DNA of 63,804 nt, filler included, from Octopus bimaculoides (lineage: Eukaryota): the NCBI RefSeq assembly GCF_001194135.2. It is 6 parts of 5 records of this genome, joined end to end, with 100 filler letters (N's around TTAATTAATTAA, not from the genome) between each part and the next. Parts side by side here need not be neighbours in the genome. Positions count along the whole stretch, not along the records: positions 30,899 to 40,926 come from NC_068992.1; positions 41,027 to 53,889 come from NC_068984.1; 4 more parts are not named here. One strand, 5' to 3'. The position numbers and the translations under genes were made by a program. Shown here piece after piece: positions 37,701 to 48,954 of the stretch (position 1 is its first letter; every line of letters starts with the position of its first letter). Under the pieces are notes generated by a model, which saw only the letters and a program-made list of their open reading frames with translations, was not told where the DNA came from and did no database searches.

Positions 37701-38759
37701 GTCAGAGAGTTAACTCTGCATTCGCTGCAATGGTGTCTACTTCGCCACCATTTCTCATATCCTTGAGAAAGCGAATTTTCGATATCGCACGTAATAAACT
37801 TGTATTATTCCAGCCGTCACTTCAATTCTCTCCATCACTCTTATATATGTATGTGTGTGTGTGTCTGTGTGTGTCCACTATATATATGTACATATATCCA
37901 CTATAAAAATTAATGTATATATCCACTATAAAAATTAACGACATTGACTTACAACCACAGAACAACAGCTTCGACCTTCCCCATGAACAACAACTAATGT
38001 TCCTATCACACGCAACGCATACAACTGGAACTAATAATCGTTTTCAGTGTAATAAGTAACATCTGCTTCCACGTCATACGCAAAACACATCGATAAACAT
38101 CTTTCGGCGCGCTTCAAAATCTACACTCCACCAACAGACACCACTGCAAACATATGTATATACTACCTGTTTACTGCACAGAAATACAATTAACGACAGA
38201 CACACGCAACACACATACAAGAAGTAATAAACCTTATCCATCTGTGTTTTATTACTTCATTGTAAACACTGCTTCCAGTAATGCAACAGGATATATAACA
38301 AGATACTTCGTTTTAAATACTTAAACTGTTTTTGATATATTTTATTTGGGGGTCTTTCTATTATTATTCCGAGGCAAGGATTTGTGGTTATGGAGATCTA
38401 TTTTCCCGATTACTTTTTGGTTTCGGTTATAAGGTTGCAACCACATGAGGAGAGTGACAATTAAGAAGCAGTGACTCAGAAAATTCTCGTAAATTATATA
38501 TCACCTGCTTAACAGGTAATTAAAGAGTATGAGAGTTGACTCCAGATTCCATGGATAGATTTCGATTTGGATCAAGTATCTTTGAATTTCTTTATAAGGT
38601 AAGTAAGAAGTAGTCTTCAATGAAATGTCACTGTTCATTCTATCTGGTAGACGGACTAGGTATATGTCCATCCAATGAGTGAACAATATCAGGCTGAGAA
38701 CACACTCTCTAGTCAATTTACAGTCTACTAAATCTTGATCAATATATTAGTGAAATTTA

Positions 38760-39870
38760 TAGAAAAACAAAAGACAAAGGCAGGTGTATGAACAACAAGC
38801 AAGTGTATTAGTTTGACACGCGAGAAAATGTAAAACATCTTTTTCGTTTCGGTCCTACGCTCTTCAGCAGAAAGGAATAAGAGAAAAATAAACAGAGAGA
38901 ATGAACAGAAGCTCGCAGATTTCAGCGGTCCAGCATGGCGAAAGATTAGAAAAAAAAGTTTGAGAGAAAGGGAGATAATAAAAACAAAAAACGCGTTTGA
39001 AAGAAAGGGAGATAATAAAGTGCTGGCAATTCCAAAAGAAGGCGCTCGTGTGTTGTGTGTGTAAGTGTTTGTATGTGGCTGCTCGTGTTATGGCATGTGT
39101 AGTGACGTTATTGAAGATTGTTTGTGGCGTGTTGATGATGGTGTGTTGTGTGAGTGCTGGTAAGAGGTCATTGTTAGTGTGTGTGGAATGATGTGGGGTG
39201 GTATCAATGATGAGGAAGTGAGGTAGGTGTCAGATGAGGTGAGAAAGTGAGTTCAGCCGATGTGACGCAAAGGAGCGAATAGAGAAGTTTAAGTACTGTT
39301 CACGGCGAAGACCGGATTACGAATTACCCTGTGCAAAGAGAGTCTGAACACAGAAAAATGTAGCTACTGACCGGTAGAGCGGAAACAGCGTGAGACCGGG
39401 ATGTCATTGTCAAGTCTGATATCTCGGAGGTGCTCCGCGATCCGGGCCGATTGTGGAGTTGGAGAGGTAGTGAGAGATACCACAGCGCGGATGGGATCTG
39501 TGAGGTGGGGTTACGGAAGACACTGTGGACCAGGAGGTCACTCAGGTTGTGGGCTTGTTTAAGGATGCAAGGGGTAGTTTGGAGAAGATGTGCGGATTGG
39601 AGTGGTTGAACTGTAGTCGCCGGAAGGCACGGCGAATTGTGCGTTGGAGGGATGGTAGGTGAGGGGAACCGGGCACGGGCTACGGTGGGGCGGGTGCGAA
39701 GAGAAAGAGCAGAGGCACTGTCCAACGATCGTGCCCTGGCAAGGAGAGTGTAGATAATGGTGAAGGGATATCCACGTAGGGTGAAGTGGCGAGCCTTGAG
39801 ATGAGACTGAGACCCATCAGTGGAGGAATAGAAAGTTAAGCGCGAACATGTGTCCTCCAACTAAAGGGAC
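38760..39870 (-). mobile_element. Penelope-like element 3' part (RT C-terminus, partly deleted GIY-YIG region, 3' terminal region)
   Basis: HFTLRGYP...ARARS..AHNLSDLLVHS and RIAEHLRDIRLDNDIPVSR..F...RREQ, typical PLE linker and endonuclease C-terminal motifs. Confidence 0.8.
38839..38874 (-). ncRNA. Degenerate minimal hammerhead-like motif at the PLE 3' end
   Basis: cttt-CTGCTGA-A-GAGC-gtag-GACC-GAAAC-GAA-aaag. The layout fits a type I minimal HHR but with core and stem II mismatches and no U at 16.1. Confidence 0.45.
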
Positions 39871-40576
39871 GAATTCAAGAATATATAGCAGTTTGAGTGG
39901 AGCTCTCGTGAGCTTTTGTCCTTTTGCTAATGGAAAGATCGTTGTGCCATACCATATTAGGATATAAATTTAAATAATGAATAAACAGTTAGATAAACAA
40001 ATTTGAAATAATGAATCATCGTTAATAAACAATTACATCGATGAGTTGATTTACAGAATCAACGTAATTAAAATAAATTACAGAGCAAATTTGAAAGAAT
40101 GAATAAAGGTTAATTAAAATTTACGCAGAGAAGGTGAAATAGCGATTTAGCATTAATTAAAATTTACATAGAGAAGTTGAAATTATGAATCAACATGAAT
40201 AAACAATGACATGGAGGAGTTAAAATAATGAATCAACTTAAAACAAACACAATGCAAACAGGTACACGAGAAAGCAAATGATGCCATTTTCATGAATCCG
40301 TGTAGTTGAGTGAGTACTAAGTTAATGAGTAGAGTAACGCATATTCAATTAATGTAAATTCACCTTTGTTCATTAAAACATACAAACAATGACTAGGAGT
40401 ATAGTTATCCAAATCAATTCAAGCTCAAGAACTAACTGCATTACGTCACATACTTATAAATATGTAGCAACAACTACTACAGTTATGTCATTTTAAAATG
40501 TTGAAATATATTTGTTATTGACATTATTTACATTATTTACATTTGACAGGTATTTGTCCTCATCCTATTTCTTGTT

Positions 40577-40622
40577 AACACAACGTTTCGGCTGATATAC
40601 CCACAAGCCTTCATCAAGTGTC
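40577..40622 (-). ncRNA. Minimal type I hammerhead-like motif with a C3U change
   Basis: gacac-TTGATGA-A-GGCT-(loop)-AGCC-GAAAC-GTT|gtgtt. Helix I gacac/gtgtt; palindromic AACGTT in place of helix III. Confidence 0.6.
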
Positions 40623-40651
40623 TTGGGGAAATTTCCTAAGGTATTTTTCAA

Positions 40652-40797
<146 letters not shown>

Positions 40798-41026
40798 TTC
40801 AGTAGTTTTATTTTTATAACGTGCTTTCACTTCACTACCGAGCGCAGCTCTGTGCGCCTTGGGTATGTGCTGTGGTTTGCTGTGGTGCTCTTATGTTTAC
40901 TGTATTGAAAGTGTTTTGCGTAGAATNNNNNNNNNNNNNNNNNNNNNNNNNNNNNNNNNNNNNNNNNNNNTTAATTAATTAANNNNNNNNNNNNNNNNNN
41001 NNNNNNNNNNNNNNNNNNNNNNNNNN

Positions 41027-41060
<34 letters not shown>

Positions 41061-41100
41061 GATATATATACATATATATGGATATATATTTATGGATATA

Positions 41101-41138
41101 TCATCATCATCGTTTAACGTCCGCTTTCCTTGCTGGCA
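41101..41138 (-). mobile_element. RTE 3' terminal scrap
   Basis: tcatcatcatcgtttaacgtccgctttcc is the reverse complement of the RTE end at 44848-44876. Confidence 0.8.
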
Positions 41139-41253
41139 TATATATATATATTGATAGAAATGGTAAGACAACAAAAGAATGAAAGAGATCTCAATATTAT
41201 GTAAATAGAGCAAAGTATCTAAATATAATATGTGACAATTATTCGGTAGCCAT

Positions 41254-41314
41254 GATAAAACTCCGAGTTTCGGATGTTGGGGCGGAAACCCATGCTGCCA
41301 TCTCTTCAGTGATC
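41254..41314 (-). ncRNA. Type I hammerhead-like motif with all conserved core nucleotides
   Basis: GATCA-CTGAAGA-GATG..TGGG/CCCA..CATC-C-GAAA-CT-CGG-AG-TT|TTATC. Helices I (4/5 bp), II and III (3 bp) can form; predicted cleavage between 41259 and 41258. Confidence 0.65.
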
Positions 41315-42039
41315 GGGCCATCGAAAAAATGCTATAAAAATGACCGTTATTAAGACAAAAGAGCTATTAGAATGACGGCTAAGTGACGGGAGGGAGTAAA
41401 GGTAAGGGAGTAAAAATGTTCATAGTATTCGCATAAGTGTGAATGTCCATACATACACATGCACGCCCGTATACCCATGTACATGCACCTATATGTATAT
41501 ATTCAGCCACCCTCACTTGAAACACACACATGCTCACCAACACATTCGCCAAAACATATAAACATACCTGCATACATGCTCGCACCCATACACACGCGCA
41601 CAAAAAGGTTCATATACATGTCAATATACACACATGCCCCCCCCCCAAAAAAAACAGGGCTAAAGGCAAAATACAGAAAAAAGTGTAAAAAATTGTGAAA
41701 AAGATATAAGAGCAAAACGCGTCTATATGCGCACATTCTCGCATGCACACACACACATCTATATGCGCATGTACCTGCACACATCCACAAGTGTACACAG
41801 AAGGTTCTATGTACACGTCTATAGACGCACAGGTAAAAAGCAGGGTGGAAGGGAGAATTCAGAAAAAATATGTGTAAAAAATATATAAGACATTATCTCT
41901 ATAAATATGTAAAAAAATATATATAAAAAGTATATAAGAAATCTAAATAAAAAGTATAGAGAGATAAAAAGCTTGTACATAGTCACCATATAGAAAGCAA
42001 GTCCTATCAGTAATCTCGGGGGAACCAAAAACGTAGCAA

Positions 42040-42738
42040 ATATTTAGCCACATGTGGACATGATCCAAAAAGTTCAGTTCTTGAATTTAGACATGTGGCG
42101 GGGTCTAAGCTGTCTTTCCAGATGAGCTATCTTTCCATATCACAAAGACTGCACTTCCCGCTGCCGTTGGTGTAGGGTTTACACTTGGTTAAGATCTTCC
42201 AATGGATGTTGTAACTGACACCTTTATCTTTTAAGGACCATATATGACTGGATAATTTGGTCGTTTTCCTTTTATCCCAGTACCTGAAGCTCAAGGTGTA
42301 AACCCTACACCAATCTGGCCTTCAAATTACCCTCTGTAAGGCCCACGTATTTCTTCATCAAAACTGTGTCCTTAGTGGATATAGAGTCCATGGTGGTCAC
42401 ATAAATGATGGTCTCGGACATGCAAGCTCCATTTAGCGGGCACAAGATTTTATCTCTGCATGAACAGCTGGTTTCATTTTGTGGTTTTTGTGTGTTGTGT
42501 GTGATTATATGTTTTAAATTAGTAATTAAGCTGAAACTGATTTTTAAGTTATGTCTATTGAAGAGCTTTCTGTAACTATGGTTGACTGGAAAATGTTTAT
42601 CTACCAGTGCTAAGAAATATTTGCCTATATTAAAGGTCACTTTGGGTGAGGAGGGGATGTGAACCAGATAGTTTTCTTATTTCTATTTTTCCTTTTCTTT
42701 ATTATTGGACTGGTGGCAGGTGTATAGGTTATTTCTTC
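42040..42738 (-). mobile_element. Penelope-like element C-terminal part with GIY-YIG endonuclease (second family)
   Basis: NIGKYFLALVDKHFP...KLFNRHNLKISFS...CSCRDKILCPLNGAC...IIY...KYVGLTEG...KLSSHIWSLKDKG...KCSLC...LNSRTEL. Confidence 0.9.
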
Positions 42739-42838
42739 NNNNNNNNNNNNNNNNNNNNNNNNNNNNNNNNNNNNNNNNNNNNNNNNNNNNNNNNNNNNNN
42801 NNNNNNNNNNNNNNNNNNNNNNNNNNNNNNNNNNNNNN

Positions 42839-44877
42839 GACTCTAAGGCCCTTCGATTCTAGTCCTTGCTTCCATACCTGAAACTTCTATCCCTATTTCT
42901 GGTAAGACAACTTCAGGAGAAATACCTAGCCAAGGATAAACCTCTGTTCCTGGCTTTCGTTGATATGGAGAAAGCCTTTGACAGGGTCCCACGACCCCTT
43001 ATCTGGTGGTCAATGAGGAAACTAGGGATAGAAGAATGGTTAGTGAGAGCTGTGCGAGCCATGTACAGAGATGCTGTCAGTAAGGTGAGGGTTGGAAATG
43101 AGTATAGTGATGAATTCCGGGTAGAGGTAGGGGTCCACCAAGGTTCTGTACTCAGCCCCCTCCTATTTATCATAGTCCTGCAGACGATAACAGAGGAATT
43201 CAAGACAAGATGCCCCTGAGAGTTCCTCTATGCTGATGACCTTGCAGTAACTGCTGAGTCACTATCAGAACTAGAGGAGAAGTTTCAGGTGTGGAAGCAA
43301 GGACTAGAATCGAAGGGCCTTAGAGTCAACCTAGCTAAAACCAAAGTCCTAATAAGTAGGAAGGTAGAAAAAACACAAACCCCTACAGGTACATGGCCCT
43401 GTTCAATATGTAGAAAAGGTGTAGGGAGTAACTCTATAAGATGTAGCCAGTGCAAGCTATGGACACATAAGAGGTGCAGCAACATCAAAGGAAGGTTAAC
43501 TAGGAAGTTAGTTTTGTATGTGGCTGATGTGCAGGTGCAATAAACACTGTAAGCAAACAGGAAACAACTTTTGTGTCATTCCAGGGAGAAAAACTAGAAG
43601 TAGTTGATAGCTTCTTCTACCAAGGTGACCAAGTTTGTAGCGGGGGAAGGTGCACTGAAAGTGTAGCTGCTAGAATAAGAATAGCCTGCGCAAAGTTCAC
43701 AGAACTCTTACCTCTGCTGGCGACAAAGGGACTCTCACTCAGAGTAAAAGGCAGGCTGTATGACGCATGTGTACGAACAGCCATGCTACATGGCAGTGAA
43801 ACATGGGCCATGACTGCTGAGGACATGCGTAAGCTCGCAAGGAATGAAACCAGTATGCTCCGATGGATGTGTAATGTCAGTGTGCATACTCGACAGAGTG
43901 TAATGTACCTTGAGAGAAAAGTTAGACCTAAGAAGCATCAGTTGTGGTGTGCAGGAGAGATTACTGTGTTGGTATGGACATGTGGCAAGAATGGATGAGG
44001 ATAGCTGTGTGAAAAAGTGCCACACCATAGCAGTTGAGGGAACCTGTGGAAGAGGTAGACCCAGGAAGACCTGGGATGTGGTGGTGAAGCACGACCTTCG
44101 AACTTCAGGCCTCACGGAGGCAGTGACCAGGACCTTTGGAAATATGCAGTACAGGAAAAGACCTGGCAAGGCAAGTGAGAGCATAATCTGTGACCTCTGC
44201 CAGAAGTGTAGCCAGCTCACTAATTCGTATCTTTACTTCATTGGCCACTAAAAACCCTGTTTGCGAAGACCTGTTGAGGCAAGTGAATTTAGAATTTGAA
44301 ATATGAAATCGAAATCGAACCGAATCTGACGACTGGCAGCCATGCCAACCTCTCTTTCATTGGACACTAAACTCTGCTTGCGAAGACCTGTTGGGGCAAG
44401 TGATTGAACCATACTCGATGACCAGCACCTGCGCCAGTGGAGCACTAACAGCACTATCCGAGCGTGTTCATTGCCTGAGCAGCTGTCTGGCTTCCATGCT
44501 AGTGGCCAGTAAATAGCACCATTGAACCTAATCGTTACCAGCGTTGCCTTCTAGCACTTGTGCTGGTGGCACATTAGAAAATCATTCGAGTGAGGTCGTT
44601 GTCAGTTCCGCTGGACTGGCTCCCGTGCAGGTGGCACATAAAAAACACCTTTTTGAGCGTGGCCGTTGCCAGTACCATGTGACTGACCTTCGTGCCGGTG
44701 GCACGTAAAAGCACTCACTACACTCTCAGAGGGGTTGGCATTAGGAAGGGCATCCAGCTGTAGAAACTCTGCCAGATCAGATTGGAGCCTGGTGCAGCCT
44801 TCTGGCTTGCCAGCCCTCAGTCAAATTGTCAAACCCATGCTAGCATGGAAAGCGGACGTTAAACGATGATGATGAGA
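42839..44877 (+). mobile_element. RTE-clade LINE, copy 1 (RT 3' half, PHD-like finger, 3' UTR, (GAT)n tail)
   Basis: FVDMEKAFD, GVHQGSVLSPLLF, YADD, GRGRPRKTW and terminal ggacgttaaacgatgatgatga. Several stops and frameshifts. Confidence 0.95.
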
Positions 44878-44904
44878 ATATTTATATGTATATAACAAAT
44901 GAAA

Positions 44905-47900
44905 GACTGAGGACTGGCGAACCAGATGGCTGCCCCAGGTTCCAATCTGATCTGACAGAGTTTCTACAGCTGGATGCCCATCCTAATGCCAACCACTCCG
45001 AGTGTGTAGTGGGTGGTTTTACATGCCACAAGCACGAGGGCCAGTCAGGCAGTACTGACAACGGCCACGCTCAAATGGTGTTTTTTATGTGCCACCTGCA
45101 CAGGAGTCAGTCCAATGGTACTGGCAATGACCTCGCTCAAATGTTTTGTTCACGTGCCTTACTGTTTTGTTCATGTCACCTTACTGGCACAAGAGCCAGT
45201 AAGGCGACACTGGTAACGATCACGCTCAAATGGTGGTTTTTACGTACCACCGACACGGAAGCCAGACGGCTGCTCAGGCAATGATCCCGCTGTTAGCGCT
45301 CCACTGGCACAGGTGCCAGTTATCGAATTTGCTTCAATTTCCATTTCACTTGCCGCAACAGGTCTTCGCAAGTTGAGTTTAGTGTCCAATACAGGAACGT
45401 TGGCATGGGTGCCAGTCGCCGATTTTGGTTCGATTTTGATTTCACTTGCCTCAACAGGTCTTAACAAGCAGAGTTTAGTGTCCAAAGAAGGAAAGGTACG
45501 CATAAGTGGGCTGGCTACACCCCTGGTAAAGGCCACGGGCTATGGTCTCACTTGTCTTGCCGGGTCTTCTCATGTACAGCATATTTCCAAAGGTTTCGGT
45601 CACTAGTCATTGCCTCGGTGAGGCCTAATGTTCGAAGGTCGTGCTTCACCACCTCATCTCAAGTTTTCCTCTTTCCCAGGTTCCCTCAACTGTTAGGGTG
45701 TGACACTTTTTCACACAGCTATCCTCATCCATTCTCACCACATGACCATACCAGTGCAATCATCTCTCTTGCACACCACAACTGATGCTTCTTAGGTCCA
45801 ACTTTTCTGTGAAGGTACTTACACGCTGTCAAGTATGCACTCTAACATTACACATCCATCGGAGAATACTGGCTTCATTCTTTGCGAGATTACGCATGTC
45901 CTCAGCAGTCACGGCCCATGTTTTACTGCTGTGTAGCATGGCTGTTCGCACACAGACATCATACAGTCTACTTTTCAACCTGAGCGAGAGGCCCTTTTTT
46001 ACCAGCAGAGGTAAGAGCTCTCTGAACTTTGCGCAAGCTTTTCTTATTCTAGCAACAAAACGTTCAGTGCACCCTCCCCCGCTACTGACTTGGTCACTTA
46101 GGTAACGGAAGCTATAAACTACTTGTAGATTTTCTCCCTGGAATGTGGCAGAAGTTTTTCTCTGCATATTTTCAGTGTTTATTGCTCCTGAGCATATGCC
46201 ACATACAAAAACTATCTTGCTAGTTAGCCTTCCTTTGATATTGCTGCGCCTCTTATGTGTCCATAGCTTACACTGGATGCATCTTATGAAGTTTCTACCT
46301 ACGCCTGTTCTACAGATCGAGCAGGGCTATCTACCTGAAAGGGATTGTGGTTTGTCTATCTTCCTACTTATTAGAATTTGGTTTAAGCTAGGTTGACTCT
46401 AAAGCCCTTCGATTCTAGTCCTTGCTTCCACACCTGAAACTTCTCCTATAGTTCTGATAGTGACTCAGGAATTACAGCAAGGTCATCAGCATAGAGGAGC
46501 TCCCAGGGGCATCCTGTCTTGAATTCCTCTGTTATAGCCTGGAGGACTATGATAAATAGGAGGGGGCTGAGGACTGAACCTTGGTGGACCCCTATCTCTA
46601 CCCGGAATTCTTCACTGTACGCGTTGCCAACTCTCACCTTACTGACAGCGTCCCTGTACATGGCTCGCACAGCTCTCACTAACCACTCTTCTATCCCTAG
46701 TTTCGTCATTTACCACCAGATAAGGGACCGGGGGACCCTGTCAAAGGCTTTCTCCATGTCAACGAAAGCCAGGTACAGAGGTATATCTTTGGCTAGGTAT
46801 TTCTCCTGCAGCTGTCTTACCAGACATATAGCATCAGTGGTGCTTTTCCCAGGCACGAACCCAAACTGCATCTCATCTAAACTGACTCTCTCCCTAATTA
46901 GTTGGGCTATGAACCTCTCCGTGACTTTCATTACCTGATCTAACAGCTTGATACCTCTGTAATTATTTGTAACTAAAGCGTCACCTTTATCTTTGTAGCA
47001 GTTGACTATGGTGCTGCTACACCAGTCATTGGGTATGACTCCTTCGTGTATCACCTGGTTCGCAATACGGGTGACTAGGCTATAGCCGACACTGCCAGAT
47101 ATTTTGAGAATCTCTGCAGTGATACCTGATGGGCCGGGGGCTTTCCTTGTCTTCATACTCTTAATTGCTTTATCTACCAAGGTAGATAGCTGGTCCCTTT
47201 GTTGGGTCGACATTCGGCAGACTCTATTTCTCTCATTCATTCTCTTTACTGAGCAACCTTTCATAGTGGCGTCTCCAAACCTCCCTCTTTGCAGCCTTGT
47301 TTAGTGCAAGTGAACCATCATCCATGCGGACACATTTCTCTCCTACGACATCACGATTCTCTCACACACATTGTCTTGCAACACAAAATACTTCAAGTCT
47401 TTGGTCCTCATGGCGCAGAACATTAGCAAATTTTTTCTTATCTGCTTCCCCTCTGGCTAAATAAATCTGTCTCCTAGCTTCCCTTCTGGCAGTTTGATAC
47501 AATTCCCTGCTACCTCCTGTTCTTCCAAGCCTGTTTCTTTTGTCTAATAGCCCTTTCAACCACATTTGTTCCACCACCATGTTACCTTGGGTCCAGAGGG
47601 GACTTTGCAACCTCCACAGATCTGGTCAGTTGCTCTCAGCAGGTTGTCCCGTGGAAACCTCCAGTTGTCTTCCACATCATGTGATGCTATATCCCCTTGT
47701 ACTTCGTTAATACATCTCCAACTCTCTGGCGTATTGAGTAAGACGTATTGAGTAATATACCTCTAAATCTCTGTCCATTTGCAGGATCTTTAAGCTCCTA
47801 AACCTTTCTCCTCCAAGCTGGTCTTATTCTGGGCATCCATTTAATCCTGATCCCGAAGTTGCTTACTACTAATCTATGTTGAAGGGTGCATTCTTCGCCT

Positions 47901-47997
47901 GGGAAAGTTTTGGCATTTATAAGCGGCCCTCTATCCCCTTTTCTGGCGAGGATGTAGTCAATTTGGCTAGTGTGTCCGCCAGAACGGTAGGTGACTA
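44905..47997 (-). mobile_element. RTE-clade LINE, copy 2 (APE C-terminus through 3' UTR), inverted relative to copy 1
   Basis: SQIDYIL (APE), NYRGIKLL, QFGFVPGKSTTDAI, DMEKAFD, WELLYADD. Frameshifted. Confidence 0.95.
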
Positions 47998-48952
47998 GGT
48001 GACAGGTGGGTTTACATGGTGGGTGTACATGGCTTGCACGGCTCTCACTAACCACTCTTCTATCCCTAGTTTCCTCATTGACCGCCAGATAAGGGAGCGG
48101 GGGAACCTGTCAAAGGCTTTCTCCATGTCAACAAAAGCCAGGTACAGAGGTTTATCTTTGGTTAGATATTTCTCCTGCAGCTGTCTTACCAGAAATATAG
48201 CATCAGTGGTGCTTTTTCCTGGAACGAACCCAAACTGCATCTCATCTAAACTGACGCTCTCCCTAATTAGTTGGGCTATGACCCTCTCTGTGACCTCCAT
48301 AACCTGGTCCAACAACTTGATACCTCTGTAATTGTTTGTGTCTAGAGCGTCACCTTTACCTTTGTAGCGGTTGACTATGGTGCTGCTACACCAGTCATTG
48401 GGTATGACTCCTTCGTGTATCACCTGGTTCGCAATACGGGTGACTAGGCTATAGCCGACACTGCCAGATATTTTGAGCATCTCTGCAGTGATTCCTGATG
48501 GGCTCGTGGCTTTCCCTGTCTTCATACTCTTGATCGCTTTATCACCAGTAAGGTGACAGGAACAAAACAGTAAGACACGTGAAGAAAACATTTGAGCGAG
48601 ATCACGCTCACAATGGTGTATTATATGTGCCACCCGCACAAGAGCCAGTCCAGGGGCACTGGCAACAATCTCGTTCGAAAGTCCGTACACATGCCACGGG
48701 TACAAGTGCCAGAAAGGCGAAGCTGGGCACAGGTGCCATCACGATTTCGCTTTCGTTCGCCCCAATAGGTCTTCGCAAGCTGAGTTTCGTGTCCAATGAA
48801 GGAGACGACATTGGCATGGGTGCCAGTCGTCGAATTTAGTTCGGTTTCGATTTCACTTGCCTCAACAGGTCTTCGCAAGCGGAGTTTAGTATCCAATGAA
48901 GGAAAGGTACGCATAAGTGGGCTGGCTACACCTCTGGCAGAGGCCTTGGATT
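47998..48952 (-). mobile_element. Rearranged RTE module: 3' UTR piece + inverted 57-bp piece + RT fragment
   Basis: 48603-48952 is minus-strand 3' UTR, 48545-48602 is plus-strand 3' UTR and 48030-48545 repeats the RT segment at 46650-47180. Confidence 0.85.
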
Positions 48953-48954
48953 TA

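Noticed and set aside
38516-38598. Exon ending in AAG|gtaagt
   Set aside because: The longer version has stops in all frames, and the shorter one (38546) has a weak acceptor and no recognisable peptide. It could be a UTR exon but is unsupported.
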